A DNA stretch of 63,996 nucleotides, counting the filler, from a bacterium (GTDB lineage: Bacteria; UBA9089; CG2-30-40-21; SBAY01), in the NCBI GenBank assembly GCA_040757115.1. It is 12 parts of 12 records of this genome, joined end to end, with 100 filler letters (N's around TTAATTAATTAA, not from the genome) between each part and the next. Parts side by side here need not be neighbours in the genome. Positions count along the whole stretch, not along the records: positions 40,648 to 44,132 come from JBFLYA010000329.1; positions 44,233 to 47,705 come from JBFLYA010000330.1; positions 47,806 to 51,257 come from JBFLYA010000331.1; positions 51,358 to 54,772 come from JBFLYA010000332.1; 8 more parts are not named here. One strand, written 5' to 3'. Made by a program: the position numbers and the translations under genes. Below the pieces are notes generated by a model. It did no database searches. It was not told where the DNA came from and saw only the letters and a list, made by a program, of their open reading frames with translations. Position 1 is the first letter of the stretch, and each line of letters begins with the position of its first letter. This document shows, one piece after another, positions 42,400 through 52,088 of this stretch.

Positions 42400-42885
42400 A
42401 TGAAAGAGTATATCCTTAAGGGTACAAACGAAAGAGAAAGTGTTGACCGAAGAATATCTCTATTAACCACTCTCCTCAATGATGCGAACCAAAAGTGCGA
42501 GCACATTAGTGAACTACGACAAAGGAGTTTGAACTACGCACTGATTATATTCGCTGGTGTGTTTACTTTCACTATGAAATTTTCCACTGCACTGTATTCT
42601 CTTTTCGTATCTATCGTTCTTTTATCCCTAATGACTGTATTCTGCTTATTGGATCGAAGATTCCACAAATACATTCATGGATGGCGAAAGACGGCGAGAA
42701 TGTTTATAGAAAAGGCAAGCACTGTAATTAACGATCCAACACAAGAGATTTCATTCCCAAGATATTTGGAAGAAGGTGAGAAGACAGCTGAGGTTTTTGC
42801 ATTTCAGCCGATCATCTTTTATTTTCTGGTCTTAGGAGGATTTGGTCATCTAGTTTACTTTATCATTTCTGCAATAACAAAGTGA
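42400..42885 (+). CDS. Integron cassette gene, hypothetical 3-TM membrane protein
   Basis: Three hydrophobic segments; bounded by GTTATCA (42377) and an attC site. Confidence 0.7.
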   Translation: MKEYILKGTNERESVDRRISLLTTLLNDANQKCEHISELRQRSLNYALIIFAGVFTFTMKFSTALYSLFVSIVLLSLMTVFCLLDRRFHKYIHGWRKTARMFIEKASTVINDPTQEISFPRYLEEGEKTAEVFAFQPIIFYFLVLGGFGHLVYFIISAITK

Positions 42886-42888
42886 TGA

Positions 42889-42949
42889 AGATAACAACTT
42901 GCTGCAGCCGACCTCGCTTACGCTCGGCGGCTGAGCTCAATCGTTAGGC
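42889..42949 (+). other. attC recombination site
   Basis: AGATAAC...CAGCCGA..TCGGCGGCTG...GTTAGGC; 61-bp imperfect palindrome. Confidence 0.85.
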
Positions 42950-42959
42950 TACTGAATTA

Positions 42960-43856
42960 TTGAGGATTATCATGAAAACAACTTTAGATCATCTTCCTTT
43001 CAGAAAACAGAGGGAATTGGAGACTATTACTAAGCTCATCTCTCATGCCACCAAGGTAGAGATGATTATTCTGTTTGGAAGCTATGCCAGGGGAGACTTT
43101 GTTGACTCTGACTTTCGCTATGATAGAGAAGAGGGGCACTTCACCAGCTATGAGTCTGACTTTGACATTATGGTGATTGTAAAAGATGAGAGAAAGCCTG
43201 AGGATTTTAAGATCTGGGGCAAGGTAGAGAATCAGATCAGCCGTAAAATCCCTACCCCTGTAAGCTTAATCATTGAGGATATTGAGCATGTCAATGAACA
43301 ACTCTCTGTTGGCCGATACTTCTATGCTGACATCAAAAAAGAAGGCATCTTACTCTATGACTCAAAGAGATTTCAATTAGCCAGGGCAAGGAAGCTCACT
43401 CCTGGAATAAAGAAGAAGCTGGCAGAGGAGGATTTTGATCTTTGGTTTCCAAAGGCGAAGGATAAATTTGAATTTTATGAATTTGGCATTTCACGAGAAA
43501 AATGGAACGAAGCTGCTTTCATGCTTCACCAGACTGCCGAAGCCCTATACACGGGTACCTCCCTTGTCCTTACCTCCTACAAACCCAGAACCCATGATTT
43601 AGAGAAACTGACTAAGCGAATGGAGAAGATTGACCAGGATTTCTGTAAGATCTTTCCAAGAAAAGAAGGAGAAGAAAAGAGATTGTTTGAACTTCTTAAG
43701 AAGGCTTATGTTGATGCAAGATACAGCAAGAATTATAAAATAACAAAACAAGAACTTGAATACCTTGCTGAGCGAGTGAAAAAACTACGCAGATTATCAT
43801 TGAAAAAATGTCGTGAGAAGTTTAAGCAATTTGAACAGGAAATTAAAAAAGCCTAA
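42960..43856 (+). CDS. Fused nucleotidyltransferase (MNT)-HEPN protein (cassette gene)
   Basis: ILFGSYARG, SDFDIM, AAFMLHQTAE, THDL and AYVDARY. Confidence 0.88.
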   Translation: MRIIMKTTLDHLPFRKQRELETITKLISHATKVEMIILFGSYARGDFVDSDFRYDREEGHFTSYESDFDIMVIVKDERKPEDFKIWGKVENQISRKIPTPVSLIIEDIEHVNEQLSVGRYFYADIKKEGILLYDSKRFQLARARKLTPGIKKKLAEEDFDLWFPKAKDKFEFYEFGISREKWNEAAFMLHQTAEALYTGTSLVLTSYKPRTHDLEKLTKRMEKIDQDFCKIFPRKEGEEKRLFELLKKAYVDARYSKNYKITKQELEYLAERVKKLRRLSLKKCREKFKQFEQEIKKA

Positions 43857-43913
43857 CCAATCGCTGAAGCTGACGGCGGGCAAACCCGCCGCAACTTAGC
43901 TCAGCCGTTAGGC
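43851..43913 (+). other. attC recombination site
   Basis: GCCTAAC...GGCGGG/CCCGCC...GTTAGGC; R'' is exactly complementary to the preceding core GTTAGGC. Confidence 0.88.
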
Positions 43914-44005
43914 TCCAATTTGCCAAAGAGGAGGTGATGGATTAAAAGGCGGGAGCTATTAAATATAAATATCAATGGAATGAAGCTCATTCCTAAATTT
44001 GATTG

Positions 44006-44132
44006 AGATGTGCGGTATAATGTCAAGTAAAAAAAGACAGACTATCCCCCAGCAAGATATAACTAAATTTAAAAAAACTAAAATTTGAGATAAATCTTGT
44101 TAACATAATCTGCTCTTTGATAATTTATTTAA
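44006..44132 (+). mobile_element. Multi-copy IS end (identical at 63874-63996)
   Basis: Exact ~120-bp repeat AGATGTGCGGTATAATGTCAAG... at a contig end. Confidence 0.7.
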
Positions 44133-44232
44133 NNNNNNNNNNNNNNNNNNNNNNNNNNNNNNNNNNNNNNNNNNNNTTAATTAATTAANNNNNNNNNNNN
44201 NNNNNNNNNNNNNNNNNNNNNNNNNNNNNNNN

Positions 44233-44728
44233 AGCTCATATCATTTGGTTCAAAGGTTGTTTTTGCCTCTACAACTAAGGCTGTTTTCTTATTCTTTCTT
44301 TCACCCACAATGATTATATCTATCTCCCTTGATTCCTCTGTGCCATTTACAGAATAAAAGCCCTTTACCCTACGACGAATTTCACTTATCTTTATATTCA
44401 GAGTCTTTGCCAACCTTATTGTTCTTGGTTCAACAAGCCCTTCTACAAACTTGCCCAACCCACCTGTCATTTCTCCTACCATTTTGGAAACATTCTTTAT
44501 CTCTTTGGAAAGCTGAGAATCTGTCTTTCCCAGACCGCCTGTTACTTCTTCTACCATCTTAGAAACATTCTTTATTTCTTTGGAAAGGTCAGCATGTATT
44601 TTTTTCCACTCAATCTCTGTTCTCTGTAGCTGGGCATCTCTTCTGTCAAGTTGAGCATCTGTCTTCTTTTGAGACTCAACCAATTCAACTAAACTTTTCT
44701 CTATCCTGTCTAATCTATCATTCTTCAT
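44233..44728 (-). CDS. Coiled-coil plus PD-(D/E)xK protein (DUF3782-like), copy 1, cut by contig end
   Basis: KTDAQL heptads, LGKFVEGLV and EIDII...VEAK. Confidence 0.7.
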
Positions 44729-44786
44729 AATAATTATATTATACATCAATAGTTTTAAAAAAGTCAAGTATTTTTTTTCTGCTTCC

Positions 44787-45089
44787 TTAAAAATTTTGAC
44801 CTATGCAATTTGCTACAATAAACTTGTCAAATTCATTTGCAGAATTGCCACCAATGTAAATGTATAGGTTTGTGTATTGGTTAAACTTGACCACAACCCC
44901 TGGCTCAATGATTAAACAGGGTGCGACTGCTCCTTTGACATAGACATCGCCGGTAACGATGTAAGGGCTTCCTGTTAGAGTCCAGGTGGTATCAGTGGCA
45001 ATGGTAGTAGTAGTAATTGTTGTTTGAGCGGCAACCTCACCTATGCCCAGAACCATCCCTAAAGTTACTAAACACAAAGTCTTTTTCAT
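44787..45089 (-). pseudogene. Secreted beta-helix-type surface protein, N-terminal fragment
   Basis: Signal peptide and WTLTGSPYIVTGDVYV...LIIEPGVVVKF; stops at 100 aa. Confidence 0.55.
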
Positions 45090-45491
45090 CTTATTTTACC
45101 TCCATTTTCAAAACACGAATAATATTTCTCGCAAAGACGCAAAGGTTACAATATTTTTGACAGGATGAACAGGATTAACGAGATTTTCATCTTGTAAATC
45201 CTCTAAATACATTTTTCCTCCAAATAGGGATTAGGAATTGAAGTGATATAAATTCAAATCCCAAATCATAAATCCCAAATCCGAAATCATAAATTCCTTT
45301 CTTTATCCAATCTTTTCAATAAAGGTTTTTGCTGATTTTAATGTAGCCTTTTTATTTTACAGAAAACACAGATTATTTTTAGTAATCGGATTAAGCGGAT
45401 TAAGCGGATTATTTTTTTATTTTTTATCCGTTTAATCCGTTCAATCCGCTTACTATAATTTAATCCTGTTAATCCTGTCAGAAAAAACAAA

Positions 45492-45520
45492 AAAGCACAG
45501 TAAAATTAATTACTGTGCTT
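45492..45520 (-). terminator. Rho-independent terminator
   Basis: AAGCACAGTAAT/TTACTGTGCTT stem followed by a T-run on the minus strand. Confidence 0.55.
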
Positions 45521-45686
45521 ATATTCTCCTAACTCTATGTCCTGCAACAGGTTAGAATGATTCTCTCTCTGTGTGTATGTATGTTCTGTTAGCGTTATCC
45601 ATCTCTTCTCCTTTAACAAATTCTACATCTTAATCTCTTTTTACCTTGATTCGGTTCATCATTATTTAAGTAGCTGACCCCTTACC

Positions 45687-46337
45687 CTAATTATATCTCA
45701 ATATAGTTGGCTCAAAATCTTTTTTGTTTAATACCCTCATTATGCCATGTGAAGGCATAAGGACAAACAACCCATTTCTTTGGGCATTTAGTTCAACACC
45801 TTCACCAAACCTTCCACCTGCTACTGCTCCAATTATTTCATAGTCCTGATAGAATTCAAAGAAGTCAAAGAATCTTTTATACCACTCCAGAAAATAGCTC
45901 ATATCATTTGGTTCAAAGGTTGTTTTTGCCTCTACAACTAAGGCTGTTTTCTTATTCTTTCTTTCACCCACAATGATTATATCTATCTCCCTTGATTCCT
46001 CTGTGCCATTTACAGAATAGAAACCCTTTACCCTGCGACGAATTTCAGTTATCTTTATATTCAGAGTCTTTGCCAACCTTATTGTTCTCGGTTCAACAAG
46101 CCCTTCTACAAACTTGCCCAATCCACCTGTCATTTCTCCTACCATCTTAGAAACATCGGCTATCTTTTTTGATAGTTGAGCATCTGTCTTCTGAAGTTGA
46201 GCGTCTGTCTTCTGAAGTTGAGCGTCTGTCTTCTGAAGTTGAGCGTCTGTTTTCTGAAGTTGAGCATCTGTCTTCTTTTGAGACTCAACCAATTCAACTA
46301 AACTTTTCTCTATCCTGTCTAATCTATCATTCTTCAT
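45687..46337 (-). CDS. Coiled-coil plus PD-(D/E)xK protein (DUF3782-like), copy 2
   Basis: Five KTDAQL(Q) repeats (21-nt tandem repeat, 46174-46275), EIDII..VEAK and AQRNGLFVL. Confidence 0.75.
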   Translation of the reverse strand: MKNDRLDRIEKSLVELVESQKKTDAQLQKTDAQLQKTDAQLQKTDAQLQKTDAQLSKKIADVSKMVGEMTGGLGKFVEGLVEPRTIRLAKTLNIKITEIRRRVKGFYSVNGTEESREIDIIIVGERKNKKTALVVEAKTTFEPNDMSYFLEWYKRFFDFFEFYQDYEIIGAVAGGRFGEGVELNAQRNGLFVLMPSHGIMRVLNKKDFEPTILRYN

Positions 46338-46490
46338 AATAATTATATTATACATCAATAGTTTTAAAAAAGTCAAGTATTTTTTTTGGATTCTGGCAAA
46401 ATAATGCCACCTGTGCGGTTAGATTAACCTTCCTCACATCTTTTAAAACCACGAAGGACACGAAATGGAATTTAATGTCTTGTAATTTTC

Positions 46491-46640
46491 GGTAGTGGCT
46501 GACAATAACTACAATTTTTTTTAACCACAAAGATTACAAAGAGTTTCACAAAAGAGTCAAAGATTTTTGAGAGAATAAATTTTTCCCTTTATTTCTTTGT
46601 GTATTCTTTGTGTACTTTGTGGTTAATTTCAGAGACCATC
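46491..46640. mobile_element. IS1-type MITE with 8-bp TSD
   Basis: GGTAGTGGCTGAC...TTCAGAGACCATC flanked by TAATTTTC on both sides. Confidence 0.7.
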
Positions 46641-46796
46641 TAATTTTCTTCGTGTCCTTCGTAGTGAATAGTTACCAAAAAAAACGTTTCATTCGCTTTT
46701 AATTCACGACTGAAACGCTTTTTGTGATTGGTCAATATTGTTGTAATATGTTGAAACTAAAGGAGTTAAGCGGAAGCCCCCCCCCCCTAAAAATTC

Positions 46797-47036
46797 GTAA
46801 CAGTTCAGGCTATATATCAAAAGTGTAAGAAAGGGGATAAGGAGATAAGAGTGATATGGAGATAAGATAATAGAAATAGATTGAAATTTATAGAAATAGG
46901 TAGAAATTGATTGTGGAAAACAACAAATTTCCATAAATTTCTATTAGTTTCTATTAATAATTTCAATTTTTTTAATAATATCTCCCTATCTCCTTAATCT
47001 CCACATCTCCTTTTGTTACACCACCTGAACGCTTAC
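46797..47036 (+). mobile_element. Complete 240-bp IS66-type MITE
   Basis: GTAACAGTTCAG...CTGAACGCTTAC with perfect 8-bp TSD AAAAATTC. Further copies at 47811-48047, 51369-51540, 54356-54772 and 58140-58262. Confidence 0.88.
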
Positions 47037-47117
47037 AAAAATTCTATGGTATATCTTTGGTTATTGGTTAGATTAGAAACTTTTGGAATGAGAATCATAA
47101 TTTCTTACCTCACATCT

Positions 47118-47477
47118 TTATCCAATCTTTTCTATAAAATCCTTTGTGGCTTTTAAATAAGATTTAACCGCATTGGTATCATAAATAAGTCCTCTGTAAT
47201 ATCCTGCTATATGCAAGCCATCATAAAGTTTTTCAAACTCCTTCATTAGTTTTCCATTATGAATAGATAGATACTTTTTCAACGCATTTCTGTAAGCATC
47301 TATTGATTTTGGGAGTTCTTTTTTGGTTAAGCCCTTCTTTAAAAGATATTCATTTATTGCCTCTAAAATAGCCAGATAAGCTGTTCCAAATACCTCTCGG
47401 ACAGACTTAACAAGTTTATAGCTAGAATATTGTGTATTATTCTTTTTATTTCTATGGGAGACCTGTCGGATGAACAT
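47118..47477 (-). pseudogene. Chimera: IS1634 transposase N-terminus fused to a DUF5618 (HEPN-like) C-terminal part
   Basis: MFIRQVSHRNKK..Y..YKLVKSVR followed by GTAYLAILEAI...LHIAGYYRG. Confidence 0.6.
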
Positions 47478-48126
47478 AATAAAAATATAGCACAGAGGTA
47501 TTTTCAAGTCAAGGAAAATTTTATGCTTCCCACAAGATTTTGCCACTACAAATGGATTTTTTAAATATTTAATTTTCTAACTAAACTTTTGCGTTTTTTA
47601 GAGAGTTGTCAACACAGAATCAATAGATTTTCCGGTTTTGCCTTGTTGATAACTCCAGATTAAAAGCTCTTTGAAAAACAGTTGTCTGACCCAATTGCAA
47701 ATTTCNNNNNNNNNNNNNNNNNNNNNNNNNNNNNNNNNNNNNNNNNNNNTTAATTAATTAANNNNNNNNNNNNNNNNNNNNNNNNNNNNNNNNNNNNNNN
47801 NNNNNTATTTGTAACCGTTCAGGCTATATATCAAAAGTGTAAGAAAGGGGATAAGGAGATAAGAGTGATATGGAGATAAGATAATAGAAATAGATTGAAA
47901 TTTATAGAAATAGGTAGAAATTGATTGTGGAAAACAACAAATTTCCATAAATTTCTATTAGTTTCTATTAATTTCAATTTTTTTAATAATATCTCCCTAT
48001 CTCCTTAATCTCCACATCTCCTTTTGTTACACCACCTGAACGGTTCCTAAAAGTCCAAATGTAATGGTTGAACGGTTACCAAATTATTAGCGACAGAGCA
48101 TTAGCTGCCGGTTACCATTTAACCGC

Positions 48127-48342
48127 TTACTTGCTTTTTTTACATTCATCTACTAACTCATTGAGCAATTTGATAGTTTTATCTATATTAATTTTGGCAA
48201 CGGTTAATATTTCTCGCCTATCCTTTACCGGAAATGAATCATCCATTAATAAAAGGTCAACGGCTCCTTTAATCGCAGTCATTGCACCTTTTATTTTATG
48301 AGAGAGATTTGATATTGGGTCTTTTTCTTCGTTGTTTTTCAT
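48127..48342 (-). CDS. Small HisKA-like dimerisation-domain protein
   Basis: ISNLSHKIKGAMTAIKG...LLNELVD. Confidence 0.55.
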   Translation of the reverse strand: MKNNEEKDPISNLSHKIKGAMTAIKGAVDLLLMDDSFPVKDRREILTVAKINIDKTIKLLNELVDECKKSK

Positions 48343-48581
48343 GTTTTCCCCTTTAAAAATCTGCCCCAAAGGCAGGAAAATTGGTAATCGTTGAGCGGTT
48401 ATCACTGTCCTCTATCTGTAATTATTTACCCAAATGAAGTGCAAGGTAATCGGTAATCGGTAACAACCAATTGATCTTTTCCCTTTACCGATAACCTGAT
48501 TTACCGATAACTGATTACCTGAATTTCACTTCGGATGGCTAAATAGTTACCTTCTCTTGCCTCATTAGTGATTACCCTTCC

Positions 48582-48666
48582 TGGTGGAGAGGGGAGGGTT
48601 CGAACCTCCGAAGGCATAGCCAACAGATTTACAGTCTGCCCCCTTTGTCCACTTGGGTACCTCTCC
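48582..48666 (-). tRNA. tRNA-Tyr(GTA)
   Basis: GGAGAGG acceptor stem, GCAGA-CTGTAAA-TCTGT anticodon arm, long variable arm, TTCGAA, CCA. Confidence 0.96.
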
Positions 48667-48707
48667 ACATTAGTAAGCAGGGATTGACAATAATTGTTAA
48701 ATTCTCA

Positions 48708-48824
48708 GTAACCGTTCAGCCACAGAGGCACAGAGTTCACAGAGAATTAAGGAAAGTAGCCACAAATGGTTATATATTCCCTCTGTGTTCTCTGTGACTC
48801 TGTGGCTACATCCTGAACGGTTAC
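48708..48824. mobile_element. Short IS66-type MITE in the tRNA spacer
   Basis: GTAACCGTTCAG...CTGAACGGTTAC with an internal AGCCACAGAG/CTCTGTGGCT inverted repeat. Confidence 0.7.
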
Positions 48825-48842
48825 CTTTTTTCTCTATTTTTC

Positions 48843-48917
48843 TGGAGCTGGCGATGGGACTTGAACCCGCAACCTGCTGATTACAAATCAGCTGCTCTGC
48901 CATTGAGCTACGCCAGC
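48843..48917 (-). tRNA. tRNA-Thr(TGT)
   Basis: GCTGGCG acceptor stem, CTGA-TTTGTAA-TCAG anticodon arm, TTCAA, CCA. Confidence 0.96.
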
Positions 48918-48936
48918 ATTTATAATATTGGTTATT

Positions 48937-48965
48937 ATTATAAACTATTTTTTATTAAATGTCAA
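48937..48965 (-). promoter_or_regulatory. Consensus sigma70 promoter of the tRNA-Thr-Tyr operon
   Basis: TTGACA-17-TATAAT on the minus strand. Confidence 0.8.
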
Positions 48966-49098
48966 GATTTTTCTTGACATAAATTAAAAAGATGATATAT
49001 TTTAAAGAAGGTTGAGGTTAAGGAAGAGAAAACTTCTCCTTTTTCTCCTCTTCAACCTGAATCTCAACCGCAACTTTTTTCCTGATGGGGTGAGAATA

Positions 49099-49503
49099 AT
49101 GCAAGAACAAGGTAAGGTCATTTCAAAAGAAGATAATAAGGCTTATGTCCAGATTGATATTGGCAAAGCCTGCCATGAATGTAAATTGTGCGATAGAGGT
49201 ACACCAATTATCTTAGTTGCAGATAATTCCTTAGGCGCTGATGTCGGAGAAACGGTAAAATTGGAAACCGCAATGATAAGTAAGGTTAAAGGAATTATTT
49301 TTTATTTAACCTTACCTCCACTGGCTTTAGTCTCTGGAATAATTGGTGGGGATTTAATTGCAACACATTTCAAATTTGACCGTGCCAATGAAATTATTGG
49401 TTTAATCTCAGGTTTATTCCTTTTTGCTTTATCCCTTTTATTTGCATGGTGGCTTGATAAGAAGAATAAAACACTTTCTTCTAAAATAGTTGAGATTTAC
49501 TGA
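49099..49503 (+). CDS. RseC/MucC family protein
   Basis: QEQGKV, ACHECKLC, NSLGADVGETV and two TM helices. Confidence 0.8.
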   Translation: MQEQGKVISKEDNKAYVQIDIGKACHECKLCDRGTPIILVADNSLGADVGETVKLETAMISKVKGIIFYLTLPPLALVSGIIGGDLIATHFKFDRANEIIGLISGLFLFALSLLFAWWLDKKNKTLSSKIVEIY

Positions 49504-49784
49504 TAACTGCATCCACTTATGGGTAAGCGTTCAGGCTACACATCCGGTGTGTAAAAAGGGGGATAAGGAGATAAAGGAGATGTGGAGATTATAAATTAAA
49601 AGATTATGGTTATGAAGTTGGTATGGAAGTCTGCTCCTGACAGGCTCAGGAGTTAGGTCAGGATGGTTCTAACTTCATAACCCCTAAACCAAACCAGCCT
49701 CCTAACCCGAACCCTTTCACCAAAAAACTCCTAAATATATCCCCTTATCTCCATATCTCCTTTTTCTTACACTACCTAAAACAC

Positions 49785-50942
49785 TTATGGAGTAATGGTA
49801 GAGTGGTAAATGGGTTTTCCTTCTTCTATCTTGAGAATAACTGCACTTTTAACCGGATTGCGGTTTTCGTCAAAGGTAATTTTCCCGGAAAGCACCTGTA
49901 AATCTTTTGTTTGAGCCAATGCATCACGGATGGCATTTTTATCTGTTGTCTGTGCTCTTTTTAAAGCATCGATGAGAATAAGTGTAGCATCGTATCCGAG
50001 AGCCGCCAGGGCATCAGGTGCACAACCATATTTTGTTTGATATCCCTTGACAAATTTCTGAATTTCCTGGTCAGGTGAATCTTTTGAAAAGTGTGTTGAA
50101 AAATATCCATCCTCAACCGCTTTTCCACCTAAATTAACTAATTCAGGAGAATCCCAGCCATCACCACCTAAAAGAGGAATTTCAATTCCCATTGTTTTTG
50201 CCTGCTTGGCGACTAATGCCACTGAGGAGTAGTAATTAGGAAGAAACAGCACATCCGGAGAAGCCGCTTTTATCTTGGTTAGTTGGGGTGTAAAGTCTTG
50301 AGTTTTATCTTCATCTGTGAATGCCTCATACGCCACTATCTTTCCCCCGGATTTTTCAAATTGTGCCTTAAAGAATTCTGCTAATCCTTTATTGTAATCA
50401 TTGCCGTTATCGAATAAGACAGATGCTTTTCTCTTAGCGAGTGTGTTATAGGCAAAATTAGCCATTACTGTTCCTTGAAATGGGTCAATAAAGCAGGCAC
50501 GAAAGATATAGTCTCCAACAAGTGTGACTTGAGGGTTAGTTGAAGTGGGTGAAATCATCACGACACCGGCAGATTGGGCAATTGGTGCCCCGGCTAATGA
50601 ACATTTACTCATTACGGTGCCAATTATTGCGACAACCTTATCCTGGTCAATGAGTTTACGGTAGGCATTAGCGGCTGATTCCGGTCTTCCTTCGTCATCT
50701 TCGCACATACATTCTATCTTTTGATTGACGCCATTAATAGAAATTCCTCCTTCGTTGTTTATCATTTCAATAGCCATCATCGCACCATTTTTTGTAGAGA
50801 CACCGTAAGTTGCCGCTCCACCGGTCATAGGTGCCACCAAACCTATCTTTAGTCCTTTTTCTTTCTCACTAATCTCTTTCTTCCCACAGCCACTAAAAAA
50901 TACCCCAACTATCCCAAACATTATCAACATTTTTTTGAACAT
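49785..50942 (-). CDS. Branched-chain amino acid ABC transporter substrate-binding lipoprotein (LivK-like)
   Basis: FSGC lipobox, KIGLVAPMTG, FRACFIDPFQG and LGGDGWDS. Confidence 0.9.
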   Translation of the reverse strand: MFKKMLIMFGIVGVFFSGCGKKEISEKEKGLKIGLVAPMTGGAATYGVSTKNGAMMAIEMINNEGGISINGVNQKIECMCEDDEGRPESAANAYRKLIDQDKVVAIIGTVMSKCSLAGAPIAQSAGVVMISPTSTNPQVTLVGDYIFRACFIDPFQGTVMANFAYNTLAKRKASVLFDNGNDYNKGLAEFFKAQFEKSGGKIVAYEAFTDEDKTQDFTPQLTKIKAASPDVLFLPNYYSSVALVAKQAKTMGIEIPLLGGDGWDSPELVNLGGKAVEDGYFSTHFSKDSPDQEIQKFVKGYQTKYGCAPDALAALGYDATLILIDALKRAQTTDKNAIRDALAQTKDLQVLSGKITFDENRNPVKSAVILKIEEGKPIYHSTITP

Positions 50943-52088
50943 CTCTTTATACCTCCTTGCTTTTGGTAATTGTAGAGTCCTGCAAAACTAAGAAACTGTA
51001 GTTTTTAAGCGGGTATTTAAAACCTCTATTTTTATCAATTTCCTCCAAAGAGCAAAATGCAAAACTCGTTTATCGTTTATGGTTTATAGTGTATAGTGTA
51101 TAGTTTATAGTGTATAGTTTATAGTCCTTCAACTATCAACTATAAACTATCAACTATCTTTGCCAAAGTTCAGTAAAATTATCTCTTTCCTTTCAGCGTT
51201 AAAATACTTGTAACTGTTCAGATAGTAATTCACCGCAGAGACGCAGAGAAACAGAAANNNNNNNNNNNNNNNNNNNNNNNNNNNNNNNNNNNNNNNNNNN
51301 NTTAATTAATTAANNNNNNNNNNNNNNNNNNNNNNNNNNNNNNNNNNNNNNNNNNNNTGAATAGTTACAAAAATTGAAATTAATAGAAACTAATAGAAAT
51401 TTATGGAAATTTGTTGTTTTCCACAATCAATTTCTACCTATTTCTATAAATTTCAATCTATTTCTATTATCTTATCTCCATATCTTCCTTATCTCCTTAT
51501 CCCCTTTCTTACACTTTTGATATATAGCCTGAACGGTTACGAAAATTTCTATCTAATTTCACACCGATAGTTAAACTATTACCTTTAAAATTTTGTAAGG
51601 GTTCAGGTAGGATAAAAATAAGGAGAAAGGGAGAAGATGGAGAAGTGGAGAAAAGAAGAGTTAACTGATAGAATTATTGTAAGCATTCAGGTCATTGCAA
51701 AATATCTAATAATAATGTAAAATGAAAATGTATAAGTGAAAAGTAATGAGTCTTGCGAAGTAGTAAAATTTCCCATTTTTCATTTCCTATTTTACATTTA
51801 TTTTTCCTTTGCGTCTCTGCAATGAATTAGTCTAATCGCACAGGTGGAAAAGTTTGAGCCATTTCTCCAATTCTCCCTTTTCCCCATTTCTCCTTGTTTA
51901 CACTTCTAATGTATAGCCCTGAATGAAAGTCTACATTTTTTCTCCGCGACTCTACCTCTGTGCGGTATCCAATCCCTTTATATTTCATAGCATTCCAGAA
52001 ATATGGGTAAATTTCACTTTAAAATTACTTGACATTTTAAAAAGTTTATGGTAGACTTACTCAACCTTTGAATTAAAACAAGGAGAAG

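Noticed and set aside
46174-46275. 21-nt tandem repeat as a CRISPR array
   Set aside because: No spacers; it is an in-frame coding heptad repeat, and no cas genes are present.
46704-47948. ORFs 46704-46934 and 47754-47948 (MEICCFPQSIS...)
   Set aside because: Translations of the 240-bp MITE; low complexity with no domain signal.
48697-48903. 68-aa ORF MAEQLICNQQV...
   Set aside because: Overlaps tRNA-Thr and a MITE; spurious.
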